From a virus (taxonomy: Duplodnaviria > Heunggongvirae > Uroviricota > Caudoviricetes): a stretch of DNA of 19,839 bases. Below the pieces are notes generated by a model that was given only the letters and a program-made list of their open reading frames with translations, had not been told where the DNA came from and did not search any database. Of this stretch, positions 6,880-12,886 are shown in pieces; position 1 is the stretch's first letter, and each line of letters starts with the position of its first letter. Location of the stretch: positions 1-19,839 of IMG/VR virus record IMGVR_UViG_2778261687_000006, one strand, 5' to 3'. The translations under genes were made by a program, and so were the position numbers.

Positions 6880-7476
6880 ATGATGCCTGCTGAACCTAAA
6901 ACCTATAAACGCAAATCAACGCAATTTAAGCCACTAACAGCAATGCAGGAGGCTTATTGCCAGTCATACATCAAAACGCCTGAAAACCAGACTCAGGCAG
7001 CGATTAACGCAGGATTTTCCCCAAATACAGCGGCAGTTAAAGCCAGTGTCATGATGCGCGATGAACGCATTCAAAAACGGATTGCCGAGTTGATGGAGGA
7101 GCGCAACAAACGAATGCGCGTCAGTGCTGATTACGTTCTCATGCGCCTGGTGGAGATCGACCAGATGGACGTGATTGATATCCTCAACGACGATGGGAGC
7201 CTTAAGCCAATCCGCGAGTGGCCGAAAATCTGGCGCACTACGCTTAGTGGCTTTGATCTGTCGTCGACCATCATGAACATGAACGAGGATTCGATAGAGA
7301 CAATCCTCAAAAAAATTAAATGGCCTGACAAGGTGAAGAACCTTGAGCTGATTGGTAAGCATGTTGATGTCAACGCGTTCAAAGAACGTCTGGATGTTAA
7401 TGTGAATGTGACAATTGCTGATCGCATAGCAGCAGCCAGGAAGCGACTCAAAGAACGTCAGGATGGTAATCAGTGA
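6880..7476 (+). CDS. Terminase small subunit (TerS)
   Basis: About 198 aa from the ATGATG at 6880; positioned immediately upstream of and overlapping the large terminase gene; basic helical N-terminal region (TAVKASVMMRDERIQKRIAEL) consistent with a DNA-binding small terminase. The track's TTG-start extension translates a direct-repeat region. Confidence 0.65.
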   Translation: MMPAEPKTYKRKSTQFKPLTAMQEAYCQSYIKTPENQTQAAINAGFSPNTAAVKASVMMRDERIQKRIAELMEERNKRMRVSADYVLMRLVEIDQMDVIDILNDDGSLKPIREWPKIWRTTLSGFDLSSTIMNMNEDSIETILKKIKWPDKVKNLELIGKHVDVNAFKERLDVNVNVTIADRIAAARKRLKERQDGNQ

Positions 7477-8948
7477 CAGATACAGCGTTATCTCCTGAAG
7501 AGCAGTTGATCGAGGATATTGCAGGGTTCACTCACGATCCGCTTGGCTATGCCCTCTATGCGTTCCCGTGGGGGGAAGAGGGGACTGAACTGGCACATGC
7601 TACCGGTCCACGTCAGTGGCAGGCTGATGCGTTCCGAGAGATACGTGATCACCTGCAGAATCCAGAGACGCGCTATCAGCCGCTTATGCTGGCACGTGCT
7701 TCTGGTCACGGTATTGGTAAATCCGCATTCATCTCAATGCTGATCAACTGGGGCATGTCCACTTGCGAGGATTGTAAGGTCGTGGTGACCGCCAATACCG
7801 ACAACCAGCTACGAACGAAGACCTGGCCGGAAATTATCAAGTGGTCGAACCTTGCTATCACGAAAGACTGGTTCACCTGTACCGCTACCGCGATGTACAG
7901 CAATGATCCTGGGCACGACAAGCGGTGGCGAGCTGACGCAATCCCCTGGTCTGAGCACAATACTGAGGCGTTCGCCGGACTACACAACGAGCGCAAACGT
8001 ATCATCGTGGTATTCGATGAAGCGTCGAACATTGCGGATCTGGTGTGGGAAGTTGCCGAGGGTGCGCTTACGGACGAAGACACTGAGATTATCTGGGTGG
8101 CGTTCGGAAACCCGACGCGTAATACCGGACGTTTCCGAGAATGTTTCCGCAAATATAAACACCGCTGGAAAACTGCGCAGATTGACAGCCGGACGGTTGA
8201 AGGCACTAACAAACAGCAGTTGCAGAAATGGGTTGATGACTACGGGGAAGACAGCGACTTCGTTAAAATCCGTGTGCGTGGCATATTCCCTGATGCATCT
8301 GAATTGCAGTTTATCCCTACCGGTCTTACTGACGAGGCAATGAAACGGGTGGTAACCGCTGCGCAGGTGGCACATGCTCCGGTGATAATCGGCGTTGACC
8401 CGGCATACTCCGGCGTTGATGACGCGGTGATATACCTGCGGCAGGGGCTGCACAGTAAGGTGCTGTGGACTGGCAACAAGACCACCGACGATCTGATTAT
8501 GGCGAAGCGTATCGCTGACTTTGAAGACCAGTATCAGGCCGACGCGGTGTTCATCGACTTCGGTTACGGTACTGGCCTGAAGTCAATCGGTGACGACTGG
8601 GGGCGCACATGGCAACTTGTTCCGTTCGGTGGCGCGTCTACTGACCCGCAGATGCTCAACAAGCGTGGGGAGATGTTCAACTCATGTAAGACATGGCTGA
8701 GGCTGGGCGGGATGCTGGATGACCAGGAAACAGCGGACGACCTGTCGACGGCAGAGTACAAAGTTCGCGTGGACGGTAAAATCGTTATCGAACCGAAGGA
8801 AGATATCAAAGAGCGACTTGGGCGTTCGCCGGGGAAAGGCGATGCGCTATTGCTGACGTTTGCTTTCCCTGTGTCGAAGCGCCTGCGAATTCCCGGTCAG
8901 CAGAACCAGCAAGGCAAGGCCATCACAGATTACGACCCGTTTGCGTGA
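7473..8948 (+). CDS. Terminase large subunit (TerL), ATPase plus nuclease
   Basis: 491 aa; Walker A-like ASGHGIGKSAF, Walker B-like RIIVVFDEASN, C-terminal acidic nuclease-like motif VIIGVDPAYSG. GTG start overlaps the terS stop (GTGA). Confidence 0.85.
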   Translation: MTDTALSPEEQLIEDIAGFTHDPLGYALYAFPWGEEGTELAHATGPRQWQADAFREIRDHLQNPETRYQPLMLARASGHGIGKSAFISMLINWGMSTCEDCKVVVTANTDNQLRTKTWPEIIKWSNLAITKDWFTCTATAMYSNDPGHDKRWRADAIPWSEHNTEAFAGLHNERKRIIVVFDEASNIADLVWEVAEGALTDEDTEIIWVAFGNPTRNTGRFRECFRKYKHRWKTAQIDSRTVEGTNKQQLQKWVDDYGEDSDFVKIRVRGIFPDASELQFIPTGLTDEAMKRVVTAAQVAHAPVIIGVDPAYSGVDDAVIYLRQGLHSKVLWTGNKTTDDLIMAKRIADFEDQYQADAVFIDFGYGTGLKSIGDDWGRTWQLVPFGGASTDPQMLNKRGEMFNSCKTWLRLGGMLDDQETADDLSTAEYKVRVDGKIVIEPKEDIKERLGRSPGKGDALLLTFAFPVSKRLRIPGQQNQQGKAITDYDPFA

Positions 8949-8949
8949 T

Positions 8950-9690
8950 TTATTGCTTATTTTTCACGGCTTCAGCAATCATTCTCTCAGCCTGTGATGT
9001 ATATGTTTTTCGCAAGGGTTCATGGCCCATATGCAATACGATACCTTCCTTTTCTTTTTCCTTTAATTCTTGTATGAGATTATTTATTTTGGCCTCCCTA
9101 TCTTCAAGCATTCTGGCGGACTTTTCTGCCTCAATCTTTAACGCTGCAGCCACTGATTGCATGTTTTCCAGCTTCTTATTCAATTCCAAAACCTTATCGG
9201 AGAGCCTATCTCTTTCCGCCGTTAGCTCACCCATCCTGGCCTGTGACTCCGTAATTCTTTCCTTCATAGCCTGTATGTCTTTTTCGGCGCCAGTCTTAAC
9301 TTTGTCGTATGTCACATCGTGCTTTGCCTTCAGGCGCTGCAGGCGTGTGGCGCGATGAATGCGCTTGGCCTTCCGGTGGTTCTCTATCGAATCGTAATTA
9401 TCAAGAGGTTTGGCTTGCCACTTTGAAATCACGTTGTTGATCCAGGGCATGCCGCCGCACAGGATTATTGCTGAAACACATGGGAATGCTAATACCGTTT
9501 TCCAACTGCTATTACTGGAAATGTAGGTGATCTTGTCGATGATGCTGGAGTCGCTGAGGAGTAAGTATAAAATCGACTTCCAGTTAAAGGCGCACCATGA
9601 CAGTGCGAACGCTCCAAACACTGGATTTCTGACCCTTTGCGCAGCGGTATTAACGGTTGAAGATAGGTATTCTTTAAGTGATTCAAGCAT
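8950..9690 (-). CDS. AT-rich cargo gene: membrane-anchored coiled-coil protein of unknown function (candidate superinfection-exclusion or abortive-infection factor)
   Basis: 246 aa; two hydrophobic segments near the N-terminus, then a long charged heptad-like region (KERITESQARMGELTAERDRLSDKVLELNKKLENMQ). AAGGG RBS. Convergent with terL with a 1-nt gap. Visibly AT-rich compared with neighbours. Confidence 0.55.
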   Translation of the reverse strand: MLESLKEYLSSTVNTAAQRVRNPVFGAFALSWCAFNWKSILYLLLSDSSIIDKITYISSNSSWKTVLAFPCVSAIILCGGMPWINNVISKWQAKPLDNYDSIENHRKAKRIHRATRLQRLKAKHDVTYDKVKTGAEKDIQAMKERITESQARMGELTAERDRLSDKVLELNKKLENMQSVAAALKIEAEKSARMLEDREAKINNLIQELKEKEKEGIVLHMGHEPLRKTYTSQAERMIAEAVKNKQ

Positions 9691-9720
9691 GTCCAGGCCC
9701 TTTTAGGTTTTTTTCTGATT

Positions 9721-9735
9721 CTACCTTTAAGGTAA
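9721..9735. promoter_or_regulatory. Dyad operator-like site CTACCTTTAAGGTAA in the promoter of the 8950..9690 gene
   Basis: Lies in the spacer of a candidate minus-strand promoter (ATGACC ... TAGAAT) about 40 bp upstream of the start codon. Confidence 0.45.
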
Positions 9736-9757
9736 TCTTCGGTCATTATGAAAAACG

Positions 9758-9803
9758 TATCCCTATGAGGGGATAATGTCGTTGATATCCTCTGATGAGG
9801 ATA
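9758..9803. promoter_or_regulatory. Two tandem dyads of a second type, TATCC-N8-GGATA (9758-9775 and 9786-9803)
   Basis: TATCCctatgaggGGATA and TATCCtctgatgaGGATA, 28 bp apart, upstream of the 8950..9690 promoter. Confidence 0.4.
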
Positions 9804-9829
9804 AAACAAAGCCAGCTCATCGGCTGGCT
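9801..9829 (-). terminator. Rho-independent terminator after the 9850..10221 gene
   Basis: On the minus strand: AGCCAGC-cgatgag-GCTGGCT hairpin followed by TTGTTTTAT, about 20 nt past the stop codon. Confidence 0.5.
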
Positions 9830-9833
9830 GTTT

Positions 9834-9845
9834 GTGACATGTCAC
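9834..9845. repeat. Perfect 12-bp palindrome GTGACATGTCAC, copy 2
   Basis: Read directly; 5 nt beyond the stop of the 9850..10221 gene, before its terminator hairpin. Confidence 0.9.
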
Positions 9846-9849
9846 GGTG

Positions 9850-10221
9850 TTATTGCTCGCTTAACTTCTGCTTCAGCAAGTAACCTTCAAGCATCCAGAT
9901 TTTGTTTACAGCATTCTGCCGGGCAATCTTCCGACCAATTTCCGCATCAAAGTTTTCCGGGCTTGCACAGGCGCTCTCTCCGGTGACGGTGAAGCCGTTG
10001 CGCAGCACCAGAACGCAGAACGTCAGCAGAGAAAGTGATTCGTGCGGCTGGTAGTTTACCTCTCCGCCAGTATGTTTCGCTTTTATGGCTACGCCAAAGA
10101 CACCATCTTCTGCTGTGAAATATGCCTCCTGAGCAATAATGCTCTCGATATGGTCTGGCGTAACGCGCGGCGCGGCTAAACCTTTAGCCTGAATTTCAGA
10201 TTCAATGTCTTTGTCACTCAT
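9850..10221 (-). CDS. Conserved hypothetical phage protein (123 aa)
   Basis: ORF with RBS AAGGTGA; sequence feels familiar from enterobacterial prophages but I cannot name the family with confidence. Confidence 0.55.
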   Translation of the reverse strand: MSDKDIESEIQAKGLAAPRVTPDHIESIIAQEAYFTAEDGVFGVAIKAKHTGGEVNYQPHESLSLLTFCVLVLRNGFTVTGESACASPENFDAEIGRKIARQNAVNKIWMLEGYLLKQKLSEQ

Positions 10222-10424
10222 AGTCTAATCTCACCTTAAAAAAATGCCCGGCGAACCGGGCGAACTGGAAGCAATGAGTTATGCCTTCCGTGGCTGTACT
10301 GGTTTACAGCATGAAGTCATCGCAATGGCGTCCTGCTGTAAAAAGGGCGGTGATAGTCCTTCAAGGGAAACCATCACCGCCAAGCCCCTGGAACTTCTGG
10401 CATCACGGTCCTTAGGCGTGATTC

Positions 10425-10501
10425 TGGCGTGGCATGCAGGATTCGAACCTGCGACCAACCGCTTAGAAGGCGGTTGCTCTGTCCAACTGAGCTAATGCCA
10501 C
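10425..10501 (-). tRNA. tRNA-Arg (anticodon UCU), phage-encoded
   Basis: Hand-folded cloverleaf on the minus strand: acceptor GTGGCAT/ATGCCAC, D-arm GCTC-AGTTGGACA-GAGC, anticodon arm ACCGC-CTTCTAA-GCGGT (U33, anticodon TCT, A37), variable loop TGGTC, T-arm GCAGG-TTCGAAT-CCTGC, discriminator G, encoded CCA. Acceptor and anticodon stems differ from host argU as I recall it. Confidence 0.85.
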
Positions 10502-10823
10502 AACGCTGAGAGCACTTAGCCTGTTAAGGCGCCACACTTTGTCGCGGCTCCATAAATGCTCTCATCGTTGCACCCTCGTCTCTTCCGAGGCGTCACACCG
10601 AATCGCCGGGATGGTGAATCCCCGTGCGCGGAATAAAACCGCTCGACTTGCACATTCCGGCTACCTGGTTCGTTTGCCCGAGCAAGGGAGGGTGCCCCTT
10701 AAACGTATCCAGACCGCTATCGTCGCATGTGCCATACGCCGTACTGCTCAACATAAAAGCTCACTCCACCTGTTCAATTTAACGACAAGCCAGTCAGGTT
10801 AGTAACCGGAATGAACTCTTTTG

Positions 10824-10838
10824 TTACCTGAAAGGTAA
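10824..10838. promoter_or_regulatory. Dyad operator-like site TTACCTGAAAGGTAA
   Basis: Lies beside a minus-strand TTGACA (10855-10860) and about 70 bp upstream of a -10-like GATAAT (10899-10904) for the plus-strand operon. Confidence 0.45.
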
Positions 10839-10928
10839 TAATTTGCGCATTAAATGTCAACTGTCTACGACAAGTAAATCATATGTGGTTAAATTGGTGA
10901 TAATTTAATTGCGTACGGAGTCATTGAT

Positions 10929-11186
10929 ATGTGCATGGGTAGCTCACCATCAGTGCCTGCAACACCAGAAGTTCAGGCAGCACCACAGGAGCAGGATGCC
11001 GCCGTTGTTGATGCCCGCGACGAAGAAACTCGTCGCCGTCGCGCTGCTGCTGGTCGTAGTTCTACGCTGCTTGAGGCGGTGCAGAACCGCATGAACGATA
11101 TGTTCAATAAGTCGAATCTCTACCAGTCGCTGCCGGTGTTCAGCGGTATCTGCGTGTTAACTACTCCGTCGCAACTGGCCCACTAA
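10929..11186 (+). CDS. Hypothetical protein (85 aa); may be part of a frame-disrupted larger gene
   Basis: RBS GGAG 8 nt upstream of the ATG. A second frame stays open from 11111 to 11267 without any start codon and translates to protein-like sequence. Confidence 0.4.
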   Translation: MCMGSSPSVPATPEVQAAPQEQDAAVVDARDEETRRRRAAAGRSSTLLEAVQNRMNDMFNKSNLYQSLPVFSGICVLTTPSQLAH

Positions 11187-11279
11187 CGGCTGGCGAATTC
11201 ACTGCTGGTATCAGTCTTGATGTTGATGCCAATACGCCGTATCCGATCCGCTCAAAAGTAACTGGTTAAGGTGATATCG

Positions 11280-11630
11280 ATGTCAGGTGAGAAACCAAGA
11301 TACCGCGTTCTGCGCCTCTCTCATATCCATAACACTCTGTGGCCGGAGGGGGCAGAAATCGAATACGAAGGTGAGCCTGGTAGCGCACTGGAACCTGTTA
11401 ACGATGCAGCCAGACAGGCAAAAGCAAAGGTAGCAGGAAAGGTGTCAATGGCAGCAACCAGTACCAAAATCATCAACGATGTGTCAGATGATGGTGAGCT
11501 GGATAAGCTCCGTGAAGAGTACGAATTGCTCTTTAACGAGAAGCCACACCATAACGCCAAAGCCGAAACGCTCCGCGAGAAGATCGCAGATAACCGGTTC
11601 TGGTATTCAGCGTGGAACATGGAAAGGTGA
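11280..11630 (+). CDS. Hypothetical protein (116 aa)
   Basis: ATG at 11280 with RBS GGTGA 6 nt upstream; acidic, helical-looking sequence. The +1 frame stays open across its last 150 nt. Confidence 0.5.
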   Translation: MSGEKPRYRVLRLSHIHNTLWPEGAEIEYEGEPGSALEPVNDAARQAKAKVAGKVSMAATSTKIINDVSDDGELDKLREEYELLFNEKPHHNAKAETLREKIADNRFWYSAWNMER

Positions 11631-11679
11631 ATTAACGAGAAGTGTTTTCCTGTTTAAATCGTTCCCTATCTCGGTGGTT

Positions 11680-12240
11680 ATGCGTCACTGGTCACGCGCT
11701 ATGGGTATGCCGTCTGCTGGTGGGCGTGCGGCATATATTGCGACGTTTATTGCCAGTACGACCATTCTTGGAGCTTTGTCGCAGCAACTTAACGACCTTG
11801 CGTCTGGTCGTAATCCTCGCGAGATGACAGGAGAAGATGCCGCAAAATTCTGGCTTGGTGCTCTATTGAAAGGTGGTGGTCTTGGCCTTTACGGTGACTT
11901 TTTATTGTCAGATCACACTAGGTACGGAAGCGGCGCGCTGGCGTCGATGCTTGGCCCGGTGGCTGGTCTGGTTGATGACGTAGTGAAGATTGCTCAGGGC
12001 ATACCGTTAAATGCTGTGGAAGGGAAGAGTGAGCAGACTGGTGGTGATCTGGTGAAGCTGGGGAAAGGTTTGATGCCAGGTGCGAATCTCTGGTACTTGA
12101 AGGCGGCTCTCGATCACATGATCTTTAACCAGATGCAGGAGTATTTTTCACCAGGCTATTTGCGTAAAATGGAGCAACGTTCGAAGAAAGAGTTTAACCA
12201 GACATACTGGTGGCGACCTCAGGATGTCACTCCGCAATAA
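11680..12240 (+). CDS. Hypothetical protein with Gly-rich hydrophobic segments; start poorly defined (ATG 11680 or GTG 11674), possible frameshift fusion with the upstream ORF
   Basis: Long open frame 11479..12240, protein-like only after about 11640; no well-spaced RBS at the candidate starts. Confidence 0.45.
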   Translation: MRHWSRAMGMPSAGGRAAYIATFIASTTILGALSQQLNDLASGRNPREMTGEDAAKFWLGALLKGGGLGLYGDFLLSDHTRYGSGALASMLGPVAGLVDDVVKIAQGIPLNAVEGKSEQTGGDLVKLGKGLMPGANLWYLKAALDHMIFNQMQEYFSPGYLRKMEQRSKKEFNQTYWWRPQDVTPQ

Positions 12241-12249
12241 GGATGAGAA

Positions 12250-12390
12250 ATGATTGCTTTTATTCTTGTTGTATTTGTGCTTGTTGCCCTTGGCGTTATG
12301 AATCGTAAATGTATCATTGAAGACGGTGAATTTGCTGTAGCAGTTGTTTTGATATTATCTGGTGTAGCAGGGTACATAGGTTTGTCATAG
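12250..12390 (+). CDS. Small hydrophobic peptide (46 aa, two predicted membrane segments); not in the ORF track
   Basis: Hand translation MIAFILVVFVLVALGVMNRKCIIEDGEFAVAVVLILSGVAGYIGLS; RBS AGGA upstream; stop TAG at 12388-12390. Confidence 0.35.
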   Translation: MIAFILVVFVLVALGVMNRKCIIEDGEFAVAVVLILSGVAGYIGLS

Positions 12391-12397
12391 CTTGAGT

Positions 12398-12409
12398 GTG
12401 ACATGTCAC
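12398..12409. repeat. Perfect 12-bp palindrome GTGACATGTCAC, copy 3 (extended form TGTGACATGTCACA)
   Basis: Read directly; in the convergent gap between the 12250..12390 ORF and the 12434..12691 gene. Confidence 0.9.
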
Positions 12410-12433
12410 AGGCCGCTTTCGCGGCCCTTAAAT

Positions 12434-12691
12434 TTACCGGATTTGTTTTCGTAATTGTTCGGCACAATAGTCGAGATGTGTTTGCAGATCCTGCATAGAC
12501 ATCTGTGAGCTGGTGACGTAGTTAATCAGTGCAGTCAGTTCGGCAAGTGGGCCATCGACATTAAATCCATCCTTATCGAGATCCCGGAGTAATTTCATCA
12601 AGTGCGATCCCTCCACCAGTGACCTGACGCCTCCCGGCGTGTGAATCCTTTCGGTAAATCCGTCTTCCAGTGGATAGTGATACTGCTGCAT
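12434..12691 (-). CDS. Hypothetical protein (85 aa from the ATG at 12691)
   Basis: ORF track 12434..12757 with a GTG at 12757; the internal ATG at 12689-12691 has GGAG about 8 nt upstream. Divergent from the tailspike gene. Confidence 0.45.
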   Translation of the reverse strand: MQQYHYPLEDGFTERIHTPGGVRSLVEGSHLMKLLRDLDKDGFNVDGPLAELTALINYVTSSQMSMQDLQTHLDYCAEQLRKQIR

Positions 12692-12767
12692 CTTATCTTC
12701 TCCATGCAATAACTGTATATTTATGCAGTAGCAAATAATTTGTTTGCTATCCAGCACGTTTTGCGAA

Positions 12768-12782
12768 TCACCTGAAAGGTAA
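12768..12782. promoter_or_regulatory. Dyad operator-like site TCACCTGAAAGGTAA
   Basis: In the divergent intergenic region between the 12434..12691 gene and the tailspike gene; followed by the ATCCATATGTGGTT box (12809-12822) and a -10-like TAGAAT (12833-12838). Confidence 0.45.
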
Positions 12783-12886
12783 TATCTGTTCGTATTTATG
12801 GTTTATCTATCCATATGTGGTTTTTCAGGTAATAGAATAACCGGATATGCGGCGCAACGGGTGCTGCGACTATCTGGAGATTTAAC

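Noticed and set aside
7488-8809. Minus-strand ORFs inside the terminase large subunit gene (7488..7709, 7706..8212, 7980..8453, 8240..8485, 8564..8809)
   Set aside because: Fully overlapped by the terL frame, which carries Walker A and B motifs; Ser/Arg-rich out-of-frame translations.
10425-10501. The tRNA as the prophage attachment site and element boundary
   Set aside because: Phage genes continue on both sides (terminase and cargo to the left, tailspike and lysis to the right) and no integrase is adjacent, so the tRNA is more likely phage-encoded.
10539-10802. Plus-strand ORF in the tRNA leader region
   Set aside because: No RBS and an Arg/His/Ser-rich, odd translation; the region is more likely untranslated leader or decayed sequence. 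The same reasoning applies to 10244..10495, which overlaps the tRNA.
12397-12410. TGTGACATGTCACA read as a CRP binding site
   Set aside because: CRP sites are TGTGA-N6-TCACA; here the half-sites are separated by 4 bp, so the geometry does not fit.
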